Assembly (NCBI GenBank): GCA_963674965.2
Contig: CAXXFL010000004.1
Coordinates: 320,001 to 384,000 of the forward strand
Source of the DNA: a bacterium
GTDB taxonomy: Bacteria; RBG-13-61-14; DATKZS01
DNA: 64,000 bases
Direction of reading: 5' to 3'
This document shows positions 41,401 through 49,611 of this stretch, in pieces. The position numbers and the translations under genes are program-made. Numbering within the stretch: position 1 is the stretch's first letter; each line of letters opens with the position of its first letter. The notes under the pieces were generated by a model. That model was given only the letters and a program-made list of their open reading frames with translations. It searched no databases and was not told the origin of the DNA.

Positions 41401-43401
41401 TCGTTTACCAACCTCGAGGAATATCAGAACGGCACCAATCCCTGCGAGATCATGGCTTGCGAGGATGGGTTGGACAACGACGGCGACGGCCTATCCGACC
41501 TTGACGACCCCGGCTGCGACGACCTCGCCGACGACAGCGAGAGGGGAAGCGACATCTGCGACAACGGCGTTGACGACGACTCCGACGGTTTGACCGATTA
41601 TCCGGACGACCCGGATTGCTCGGGACCGGCGGACTCGAGTGAGTTATTAATAATCACGCCCACGCTTATAGGATCGTACGACACGCCGGGGTTTGCATCT
41701 GCCGTTGTGGTGGTCGGAAACTACGCCTACGTGGCGGATAAGGTAGCCGGACTGCTTATTATAGATGTATCTAATCCATCAAGCCCCGCCTTGATCGCCA
41801 CCTACGATACAAGCAGCGCCCGCGACGTCCAAGTGTCCGGAAACTACGCTTACGTGGCGGACTGGGCCGAGGGCTTGAAGATTATTGACGTCTCCAATCC
41901 CCAAAGTCCATCTATGATAGGGGCATATGACACTTCAGACGCCACAGGCATTTTTATCTCGGGAGATTACGCCTACGTGGCGGACTATAGGTCGGGCCTT
42001 CGCGTTATTGACGTGTCCAATCCAGCCGTTCCAAGCCTTTTAGGCACTCTGGGATCCTCCGCTAATTCCTGCGGCGTATACGTGGTGGGCAATTACGCGT
42101 ATGTGGCGGACGGATCGGCCGGCCTGCAAATTATTGACGTGTCCGATCCCTCTTCACCCGTCCGCTTGGCAACTTATGATACCCCCGACTTCGCGAACGG
42201 AATTTTTATCGCAGGCGACTACGCCTACGTGACCGACCGCGACTCGGGGCTCCATATTTTCGACGTTTCCAATCCAGCCAGCCCTAACCTTGCGGGCGCC
42301 TACGACACCCCAGGCTGGGCCTACGACGCTCTCGTCATAGGCCAATACGCCCTCCTGGCCGACCTGTGGTCAGGTCTTCTAATCATTAATGTATCCAACT
42401 CCGCCAACCCCGTGCTTGTGGCTTCATATAACACTAATGGGACATCCCAGGAAGTTGACTTTGAAGGCGGCTATGCCTATGTGGCGGACGGAAACTCCGG
42501 GTTGCAAATAATATCGGTCAATTTACCGGACCCAGATGTAGACGACGACGGCGTTAGCAACGGCGTGGACAACTGCCCGGCCGTCTCGAACCCGAGCCAG
42601 GACAACGCCGACGGGGACGCCCTCGGAGACGCCTGCGACGCGTGCCCTAACGACATGGACAACGACGTGGACAACGACGGCGTATGCGGAGACGTGGACA
42701 ACTGTCCGGCGGTTTCCAACTCCAGCCAGGAAAACGCCGACGGGGACGCGCTCGGAGACGCCTGCGACGCCTGTCCAAACGACGCGGACAATGACGTGGA
42801 CAACGACGGAGTATGCGGAGACGTGGATAACTGTCCCAATGACGCGGATAACGACACGGACAACGACGGGGTCTGCGGCGACGTGGATAATTGCCCCGCC
42901 GTCTCGAACGCTGATCAATCCAATATTGACGGTGACGCGCTCGGCGACGCCTGCGACGCATGTCCCAACGACGCGGACAATGACGCGGACGACGATGGGG
43001 TCTGCGGGGACGTGGACAACTGCCCGGCCGCTTCCAACTCCAGCCAGGACAACGCCGACGGTGACGACCTGGGCGACGCCTGCGACGTCTGTCCCAATGA
43101 CGCTGACAATGACGCGGACGACGATGGGGTCTGCGGGGACGTGGATAACTGCCCGGCGGTATCCAATCCGGGTCAGGCGGACGGAGACGGGGACGGGGTG
43201 GGCGACGCCTGCGACGGCGGTGGTAGCGAGCCGAGTAGGCCCGACGGTGGGGACGACGGCGGCGGAGGCGGCGGGGGCTGCTCGATCTCCGGCGCGCCCA
43301 TGTCCGGAGGTGCGGCGGCCATGAACGGCCTTTTCCTGGCGGCCCCTCTTCTGATCGGGCTGGCCTTGAGGCTCCGCTCCCGGAGGACGGCGAGAGGATA
43401 G
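38428..43401 (+). CDS. Large surface protein: DUF1565-like/beta-helix N-terminus, two LVIVD-repeat modules, thrombospondin type-3 repeats, MYXO-CTERM-like anchor
   Basis: WYVSATTGND..GSQSAPFASIQ; many YAYVAD..GLQIIDVSNP; DNCP..NP.Q..DGD..GDACD; GGGGGGCS-hydrophobic-RLRSRR tail. Confidence 0.9.
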   Translation: MKTLPISARQRKIKSLILSALVCVMAALPLPAGAATWYVSATTGNDATGDGSQSAPFASIQYAMGQASSSDTVLVAGGTYNETVEAKGNVKVYGGHDPITWERNPLVFRTVIEGGGLKYFSSHCLFDGFVIQNVNTGLYVKNSGYGAISNTIIRNAIKGVNIEATGNYFSNMLIKNSLIIGNEWGIDTNPSLYIECFEGYCDPHHSCHYWGCESTFYSIGCTGIYGDNVTITDNSNLAWLTRFSDACSAPNGEYCSGTAVGWLSVRNSILYGNEAGIAGNGSLGGDYNILDQDPLFGDTSLGDYGLQSTSPCIDAGDTAESYKDPDGSINDIGATGGPDSIFFDGDYDGMPDIWEEYYGLDPADPSDAAGDPDADGLTNYREYLAWSDPGVQDNPYDTDNDGFSNWDDNCPDHYNPGQEDDDTDGIGDACDYDYDSDGDGMPNVWENDHDCIMADTVDAAENPDGDAVTNLEEYQNGTDPCASNECSDGLDNDGDGLSDLDDPGCDDLADESERGSNICDNGVDDDGDGLTDYPDDPDCSGPADSSELLIITPTLIGSYDTPDEAWDVMVVGDYAYVADDGAGLHIIDVSSPSSPALIATYDTYRALGISVSGSHAYVADGTDGLKIINISNPFSPYLEGAYDTAQAIGLYVLGDYVYVAVHASGLQIVDASNPVSPSLIGALNTSGYSCDVCIAGNYAYMADAEAGLQIIDVSNPSSPTLVATYDTPNYARGVFVSGNYAYVADRDSGLQIIDVSNPAAPTLTGAYNTPGSSNDVQVIGDYALVADDSSGLQIINVSDPANPALAASYDTSGSSRGVYYEGGYAYVADGAAGLQIIALNLPAPDEDGDGLGDDVDNCPTVSNPGQENADGDALGDACDACPNDGDNDADNDGVCGDVDNCPAVSNADQSNIDGDEYGDACDSDADNDGTDDGSDNCPGVYNPDQGNMDGDTFGDACDDDNDGDGMPDAWENEYACVNAESFDADANPDGDSFTNLEEYQNGTNPCEIMACEDGLDNDGDGLSDLDDPGCDDLADDSERGSDICDNGVDDDSDGLTDYPDDPDCSGPADSSELLIITPTLIGSYDTPGFASAVVVVGNYAYVADKVAGLLIIDVSNPSSPALIATYDTSSARDVQVSGNYAYVADWAEGLKIIDVSNPQSPSMIGAYDTSDATGIFISGDYAYVADYRSGLRVIDVSNPAVPSLLGTLGSSANSCGVYVVGNYAYVADGSAGLQIIDVSDPSSPVRLATYDTPDFANGIFIAGDYAYVTDRDSGLHIFDVSNPASPNLAGAYDTPGWAYDALVIGQYALLADLWSGLLIINVSNSANPVLVASYNTNGTSQEVDFEGGYAYVADGNSGLQIISVNLPDPDVDDDGVSNGVDNCPAVSNPSQDNADGDALGDACDACPNDMDNDVDNDGVCGDVDNCPAVSNSSQENADGDALGDACDACPNDADNDVDNDGVCGDVDNCPNDADNDTDNDGVCGDVDNCPAVSNADQSNIDGDALGDACDACPNDADNDADDDGVCGDVDNCPAASNSSQDNADGDDLGDACDVCPNDADNDADDDGVCGDVDNCPAVSNPGQADGDGDGVGDACDGGGSEPSRPDGGDDGGGGGGGCSISGAPMSGGAAAMNGLFLAAPLLIGLALRLRSRRTARG

Positions 43402-43472
43402 CTGGTTTTTTAAAGGATCAGGCAAGGGGAAAGGAAGTCCCTGGGAGGCTTAGCTCCGGGAGTCTGAGATAA

Positions 43473-43680
43473 TCAGCCCCCGGCCTCGCCGCCCACGCAA
43501 AACGCGTGGGGGACCCTGATTAAGGACCCGTGGGTGGCGCGGATAGCTCGCCTATCCGCGCGGCGCAAGCCGTTGGATATTCACGCGCGCGCCCGGCGGC
43601 CCGTCGCCCCCTTTCCCGCGCCTTTGGCGTCCAGATAGCCAAGCTATCCGGGCCACCCCGCGCAACATGCGTGGGGGGCC
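43473..43680. repeat. Cluster of REP-like GC-rich palindromes
   Basis: CCCACGC-N-GCGTGGG; GCGCGGATAG-N5-CTATCCGCGC; first unit matches 58611-58638 at 26/28 nt. Confidence 0.65.
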
Positions 43681-43700
43681 ATGATTTTAAATCAGGCGGG

Positions 43701-44042
43701 TCAGTGGTGGTGATGGCCGGACTCGGAGTGTCCGCCGGCCATGACGTAGACGACTTTTTCGTTCCCGGGGTTTGCTATGGCGCACTGATGGGCCCCCACC
43801 AGGTGGACGGCCTCGCCGGGGTGGAGGGTGAGGTTAAGTCCTTCGCCTTGAATCTCGAGGTCGCCGGTGACCGCCAGGAGGATTTCCTCGTGGCCCGCGC
43901 CGGGGCAGACCTTCCGGTCCTTCTCGCCGGGCCCCAGTTCGCCGTAGATGAGGTAGCAGGCGTGAGTGCCCAGTTCCTCGAGCCCGAGAACGTACTCGCC
44001 GCCCTCCTTTTTCGCCTTCTCGATCAGGTTGTATCTTTTCAA
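43701..44042 (-). CDS. Small cupin-like protein
   Basis: GHEEILLAVTGDL, LHPGEAV, IANPG..VYVMAGGH; His tail. Confidence 0.65.
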   Translation of the reverse strand: MKRYNLIEKAKKEGGEYVLGLEELGTHACYLIYGELGPGEKDRKVCPGAGHEEILLAVTGDLEIQGEGLNLTLHPGEAVHLVGAHQCAIANPGNEKVVYVMAGGHSESGHHHH

Positions 44043-44063
44043 CGCCGTTCCTTTCCTCAGGTT

Positions 44064-46613
44064 TCATATCCGGCCGTGTGAGGTCCGGGCGATAATGTCG
44101 TCCTGCACTGGTTTTCCCAGGTCCACGAAATAGGCGCTGTATCCCGAGACCCTTACCACCAGGTCCTTGTAGTCCTCCGGGTTTCGCTGGGCCGCTCGCA
44201 GGACCTCGTCGGAGACCACGTTGAACTGCACCTGCATGCCGCCCTGCTTGAAGTAGGCCAGGACCATGGCCGCTATTTTCTTCACCCCGCCGGGGGTCGA
44301 GAGCAACGTGGGCAGGAGCCTGATATTGGTCGAGCTTCCGTTGGGGATGAGCTCATGGTTCAGCTTGGCCGCGCTTTGCAGGGCGGCGACGGGCCCCTTT
44401 TGCTCGGCCTGGTTGGTGGGTGAGATGCTGTTCGAGATGGGCTCGCCCGCCTTGCGCCCGTCGGGGGTCGCGCAAAGGACCGTGCCCTCGAAAACGTGCA
44501 TGCCGTAGCTGAAGAAGCTGGGCCGGAATATCCCGCCGCGCCGGGGCTTGTGCTTCATGACCTCGCGGCAGAAATGCTCGGCGATTTCGCGGGCGATCGC
44601 GTCCGCCTCATCGTCGTCGTTGCCGTACTTGGGCGCGCGCGTTTTAAGGCGGCCCCGCAGGGTCTCCTCTCCCCGGAAGTTCTTGTCCAGGGCCTTGAGG
44701 AGGTCGGCCATCTTGAGGGACTTATCCTCATAGACCAGCTTCCTGATCGCTACCAGGGAGTCGGCCGCCGTGGCCAGACCCCGCCCCGAGATGGAGTTGA
44801 AGTTATAGCGGGCGCCGCCCCGGGTCATGTCCTTTCCGCTGTCGATGCACCCGTCCAGGGTGATGGAAACCAGCGGGTTGGGCAAAAGCTCCTCGAAGGC
44901 CTGGTCCTTGAGGTTGGTGGCCCGGGCGATAAAATCCACGCAGAAGCTTATCTGCTTTTTATAGGCGTCCATGAACTCCTCGAAGGTCTTGAAGCCGCGG
45001 GGGTCTCCGGTCCGGGGTCCGAAGCGTCTTCCCAGCATGACCAGCCTTCCGTCGCGCAGGGTCATCTCGAGGGCGCCCACCAGTGAGACGTCGTTCCCGG
45101 AGGTGCAGCCGAAGGTGTTGCCGTCGGAGGTCGGCTCGACGCAGCCGATGATGGCGTAGTCGCGGGCCTCATCAAGGGGATAGCCCGACCCGGCCAGGGC
45201 CGGCACGATGGCCTCGTCGTTGAAGATGGCCGGACCGTTCGAGCGCCCGTGCATGGCGATGATCTTCTCCACGTAGTCGCCGGGGGATTTCTCGCTGATC
45301 CGGAAGGACACGGAGTTGGACATGTGGCGCACGTTCTCGGTGGCCCGAATGAAAAGATAGCTGAGCGGATTGGTCGCGTCCTCTCCGTCCCGGCCCACGC
45401 CGCCGATGGTGACGGCCATGTTGTCGGCGCCCAGTTCGCTTCCCGTTTCCTTGCCGTAGGGCGGAAGCACGAGGAGGTTATAGCTGAGCTTGACGATCAA
45501 CTCCTCGAGAAGCTCGAGGGCGTCCTCCTCGCTTATCCGGCCGGCGGCAAGGTCGGACTCATAAAAGGGACAAAGGTACTGGTCCACCCTGCCCAGGGCG
45601 AATATGCCCACGATGCCGTGAGAGATAAGGGCCAGGGTCTGGGTCATCCATACCCACTGCAGGGCCTCGCGAAAGTCGCGGGGAGGAAGCCAGGGCACGC
45701 GCCGGCACCTCTCGGCTATGGCCATAAGCTCTTCCCTTCGCTTGCCGTCTCTTGCCTCCTTGGCCTTGGACTCGGCCAGGTCGGCGTAGCGTCCGGCAAA
45801 GTCGCGAGCCGCGTCGCAGCAAATAATCACCGACTCGAGAAAGGCCCTTGCCTCGGGGTCGCCGCCCGCCTCGAGGAGTTTCTTCTCCGCCCGGACCTTG
45901 GCCCCCTGGAAGCCCTCCTTGATCAGATATTTGTGGCCCAACACGAGGTGCCCCTGCATGTCGAACACGTTCATGCAAAGGCCGGGGTTGTTGAGCGGTA
46001 TCTCCGATCCGGCCATGGCCGCCACCTTGGGGTTGGCCCGGGCGTAGGACGCCTGCTTGAGGAGAGGGGCCAGGCCGAAGCTTTTCACCCTTTTGTAAAA
46101 GGCCGAGGGCGAAGTATTTAAGGGGACGAAAAGGCCCTCGTCTTTCCACAGCTCTTTCTTTCTATGCCGTATGCTCTTGTCCTTCCAATAGGGGATGATG
46201 TCGCCAAGGAGTTCCTTTTTCTCGTCGGGGCTTATTTTAAAGGGCCGGTCCTTGCGACTTAAAAGATAAGGAAGCTCCATCTCGAGCACCAGGTTGATGT
46301 CGCCCCTCTCGATGGGAATGACCGTGGCCACCAGCTTCGAGCTGCGGTTGCCCACGATGGCCTCCTCATCCAGGATGTAGACGGTGCAGTTCTTCAGGGT
46401 ATGGGCAAAGGCCTTGGCCGCCCGCAAGTCGGGGGCCTCGCCCTCGGTCTGGCGATAGCTCTGGGTGTAGTACCGGGCCCTTTCGACGCATATCTCGTAT
46501 GGAGCGTCCAGGATCCTTAGCCGGAGCCTCGCGGTCCTGGACTCCTCTGAAGAGGACGGCTGGACGGGGGCTGGGGAGGGGCCCGCCGAGTAGTCGGAAA
46601 CTGGCTGAGTCAT
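44064..46613 (-). CDS. Glycyl radical enzyme (PFL-like superfamily), function unknown
   Basis: Cys loop IIGCVEP; Gly loop LVVRVSGYSAYF; GRVDQYL; PKYGNDD. Confidence 0.93.
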   Translation of the reverse strand: MTQPVSDYSAGPSPAPVQPSSSEESRTARLRLRILDAPYEICVERARYYTQSYRQTEGEAPDLRAAKAFAHTLKNCTVYILDEEAIVGNRSSKLVATVIPIERGDINLVLEMELPYLLSRKDRPFKISPDEKKELLGDIIPYWKDKSIRHRKKELWKDEGLFVPLNTSPSAFYKRVKSFGLAPLLKQASYARANPKVAAMAGSEIPLNNPGLCMNVFDMQGHLVLGHKYLIKEGFQGAKVRAEKKLLEAGGDPEARAFLESVIICCDAARDFAGRYADLAESKAKEARDGKRREELMAIAERCRRVPWLPPRDFREALQWVWMTQTLALISHGIVGIFALGRVDQYLCPFYESDLAAGRISEEDALELLEELIVKLSYNLLVLPPYGKETGSELGADNMAVTIGGVGRDGEDATNPLSYLFIRATENVRHMSNSVSFRISEKSPGDYVEKIIAMHGRSNGPAIFNDEAIVPALAGSGYPLDEARDYAIIGCVEPTSDGNTFGCTSGNDVSLVGALEMTLRDGRLVMLGRRFGPRTGDPRGFKTFEEFMDAYKKQISFCVDFIARATNLKDQAFEELLPNPLVSITLDGCIDSGKDMTRGGARYNFNSISGRGLATAADSLVAIRKLVYEDKSLKMADLLKALDKNFRGEETLRGRLKTRAPKYGNDDDEADAIAREIAEHFCREVMKHKPRRGGIFRPSFFSYGMHVFEGTVLCATPDGRKAGEPISNSISPTNQAEQKGPVAALQSAAKLNHELIPNGSSTNIRLLPTLLSTPGGVKKIAAMVLAYFKQGGMQVQFNVVSDEVLRAAQRNPEDYKDLVVRVSGYSAYFVDLGKPVQDDIIARTSHGRI

Positions 46614-46789
46614 GTCCGCTCCTTTTCGCGAGAATGAAATAACCTTGTGAATAAAATAGCAGATTTTCAGACGGGTTTAAACCGCCCGGCGAATGAAGGC
46701 TAAATTCGTTTTTTCCGCGTGAACTCCTCAATACGATCTTGACTCTCCGGGTAAGTTTTGTTACCATCTTTATCTGTCAAATAACGAAA

Positions 46790-46865
<76 letters not shown>

Positions 46866-46912
46866 TGATCGTGAGGGATCGCAAAAAACATAAAGATTCC
46901 TTTGGATTTTCG

Positions 46913-46946
46913 CCGTAAGCCCAGTATTGGGGGTTTGCGGTTTTTT
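46913..46946 (+). terminator. Terminator after the tRNA
   Basis: CCGTAAGCCC-N8-GGGTTTGCGG-T6. Confidence 0.7.
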
Positions 46947-47010
46947 ATTGGAAGACCGGCAATTGTAGTAGAAGTATGGATAAACGCTTGAAAAATCGAG
47001 AAAGGAGAAC

Positions 47011-47442
47011 GTGGTGGACTTGGAGTCACTGGTAAATGGCGCGCCCTCGATGGCCCCGGCGATCAAAGTGGGCTTTTCCGGCGCGATGGGCAGGGGAGTT
47101 TTCGCGACCGCCGACTTTATGCCCGGCGATCTTATCGAGACGGCCCCCGTAATCGTCATCCCCGCGGCCGACTGGCCAATGCTTGAAAAAACCATTTTGT
47201 TTTCTTACGGTTACGATTTCAGTTCGAACGGGGACGAGGACATGGCCCTGGCACTCGGGCTGGGTTCAATGTATAACCATTCATATTCTCCCAACGCCAT
47301 GTACGTGAAGAAAATAACGGAGCGCGAAATCGGCTTTTTCGCCATATCCAGGATTAAAAAAGGCGAGGAGATCACGGTTAATTATAACGGCCGGCCCGAG
47401 AGTCTGGACCCGCTATGGTTCCAGGTCATATCCGGCGGATAA
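47011..47442 (+). CDS. SET-domain protein (putative lysine methyltransferase)
   Basis: GRGVFAT, YNHSYSPN, IKKGEEITVNY. Confidence 0.92.
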   Translation: MVDLESLVNGAPSMAPAIKVGFSGAMGRGVFATADFMPGDLIETAPVIVIPAADWPMLEKTILFSYGYDFSSNGDEDMALALGLGSMYNHSYSPNAMYVKKITEREIGFFAISRIKKGEEITVNYNGRPESLDPLWFQVISGG

Positions 47443-47494
47443 AGCCGACGACCTCGATTTATAGGCGAAGCGGGATGGTCCCGCGATAATGTCT

Positions 47495-47917
47495 TCAATA
47501 TCGCGGCCACCCCGCCGCGGCGAAGGTTTCGGCGGGCGAGTAGGACATGTCCAGCCGGCCTATCCTCATGAAGGCGCCATCGTACATGAGCTTGATCCAG
47601 CCCTCGTCCATGTGGAGCTTGCGGCCCTGGTCGTGCACGACCTTGTCCTCATGCCGGAGCAGGATGAAACCCTCGGCGTGCTCGCTCGGGTTGATGTGAA
47701 TTTTTAGGTCGGCGTACCGCACATGGACGGTGCTCACCTGCTCGTCGTCGGCCGCGCCCGAGTCGAAATGAAAATCGTTCAAAGTCACCCTGGCGTCTAT
47801 CTTACCCGAGAAGCTCACCAGCGGGGTCTCCTCGGCGCCAAGGCCCGCGCAGAGCGGCGCCATCACCGCGATCAAACAAATCATCGCTAACTTCCATGAC
47901 AATAACCTTACTTCCAT
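47495..47917 (-). pseudogene. Probable truncated outer-membrane porin (LbtU-like N-terminal part)
   Basis: Signal peptide then SFSGKID..GFILLRHED..MDEGWIKL..RIGRLDMSY; stops after ~140 aa with no C-terminal beta-signal. Confidence 0.4.
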
Positions 47918-48273
47918 AACTTGCCTCCTAAATGGATTGTTTTCTCCGGCGATCAAAGCAGACGTCCCCACTCGTCGCCGCCTTTAAAACCATATGATCG
48001 CTAACGGGTAAACAATATTTGCCTGTTCCCCGCTGTCGCCCATATCGAGCTATAGTTTATCCGTTCGGCTAAAATGGAGCATTCTGAAACGCGAGTCATT
48101 CCCGGAATGTCAAACTCGCCGACCTGCTCGCTATGCTCGCCCATATAGCGGAGCTATATGGGTTACTTATAATTCAAGACCCGTCTGTGAGTTACCTGTT
48201 GGCCCATGCATTTTCACAAAATGCACGGTTGTAGCCGCAGGCTGAGTATTGCTGTTTACTAAATCAAGCACGG

Positions 48274-48335
48274 TTTTTTAGCTCCTCCCCTTGAAAAAGG
48301 CCTTTCGATACGATTGGCGTCAGAAGCGTTCAGCC
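48274..48335. repeat. ~62-bp dispersed repeat, copy 1 (copy 2 at 58554-58616)
   Basis: TTTTTAGCTCCTCCCCTTGAAAAAGGCC..ATACGATTGGCGTCAG..CGTTCAGCC. Confidence 0.9.
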
Positions 48336-48342
48336 TATCCGC

Positions 48343-48951
48343 TTACCTATGAATATTTTTTACCATTATATTTTGCTTGGCCTCAGAGATAATGCCGTAT
48401 ACTTTCCTTACGTCTCTTACAGACTCGAGACATTGAACGGATGGGCCGCGATTACCCCAAAACATCTTTGCAATATGGCCTCTGCTGGAGTGGGCCAATA
48501 AAGATGAATCCGTTGCCAGCGTTATGGTCCCGCTTCCGTCGCTGTTTTCAGTGACTTCAACCATTTGGGTAGTGGCCAGAGGTAATAATTTCGATTTGCT
48601 TTTTATAAATTGGGAAATGAAGACAATCCTGTCCGAAGTCACCGCGTATATCGTGTTTTTTCTTTTGTACGAGTCAAGTAAGAATCTTCCGAAAGCAAAG
48701 TATAGCCCCGCTAATAATATGGAGAGTAAAAACGATAAAGGAAATACCATTGTTGCGAATTTCTCATGGCCTCGGGAGATAACTATATAACAAAATAGGC
48801 ATGCCCCGCATGATAAAATGAATCCAAGGGGAACCATGAATAGGTCAAGAGGCGTCGTCTTAAATCCTTTTTTGGGGGAATCATGCCAGAGAATATTTTC
48901 CTCCGGCGATAAAACACCTTCAATATTTTCAACGCTTGGATGCTTCATCAA
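48343..48951 (-). CDS. 2-TM + bacterial PH-like protein, candidate immunity (paralog of 49000-49593)
   Basis: L.PEE.ILW..P, two TM helices, TIYAVTSDRI, DGSGTI; low GC. Confidence 0.7.
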   Translation of the reverse strand: MMKHPSVENIEGVLSPEENILWHDSPKKGFKTTPLDLFMVPLGFILSCGACLFCYIVISRGHEKFATMVFPLSFLLSILLAGLYFAFGRFLLDSYKRKNTIYAVTSDRIVFISQFIKSKSKLLPLATTQMVEVTENSDGSGTITLATDSSLLAHSSRGHIAKMFWGNRGPSVQCLESVRDVRKVYGIISEAKQNIMVKNIHR

Positions 48952-48999
48952 CCATTCTCCTGATAATCGATTAAAGACATCGCGGTCGTCGCGCGCCTT

Positions 49000-49593
49000 C
49001 TAGATGACGATTCTTTTGTTCTTCTTGGCTTCATCGATAATATTATATACTTTTCTCACGTCATCGATAAATTCAAAACTTGGGACAAAGGGACCGGAGT
49101 TCAAAGATGTCCAAACCGCCATTTTGTGCCTGTTAAAGTAGGATGATAAATACGTTTTTGCTCCGAACAGAATGGTCCCGCTTCCGTCTTTCTTCTCCGA
49201 GATACCGACCACGCCAAGAGTAGCTATGCTTAACGAAAACAATTTTAATTTCGTTATCTTAGAAAGAAAGATAATTCTATTTGTAGTTACGGCATAAATT
49301 GTTTTATTCCTTTTATATGAGTCAATGAAGAATCTTCCGAATGAGAGGTATAATCCGATTGAAAATATAGGAATATTAAAAATAAAGGCAAATAAAGACG
49401 CCCAGAAATCTCCGGGGCTAGTGAAAATATCAACATAAAAAAAGAATGGTACTGAAAAGAAAGCAATGCCAAAAGGAAAATTAATTACATCAAACGGCCT
49501 CATCATTAACTTAATATCAGGATAGCCGTGCCAGAGTATCTTTTCCTCTGGTAGCAGAATATTTTCAATGTCTTTTTTGCTTAATGGCCTCAT
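49000..49593 (-). CDS. 2-TM + bacterial PH-like protein, candidate cognate immunity of RHS fragment 4
   Basis: Same motifs as the paralog; starts 18 nt after the toxin stop; low GC. Confidence 0.7.
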   Translation of the reverse strand: MRPLSKKDIENILLPEEKILWHGYPDIKLMMRPFDVINFPFGIAFFSVPFFFYVDIFTSPGDFWASLFAFIFNIPIFSIGLYLSFGRFFIDSYKRNKTIYAVTTNRIIFLSKITKLKLFSLSIATLGVVGISEKKDGSGTILFGAKTYLSSYFNRHKMAVWTSLNSGPFVPSFEFIDDVRKVYNIIDEAKKNKRIVI

Positions 49594-49611
49594 CGAGCAA
49601 TCTCCCGAGTT

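Noticed and set aside
48168-48271. Short minus-strand ORF containing FVKMHG (DapF-like)
   Set aside because: Six-residue resemblance with no further similarity.
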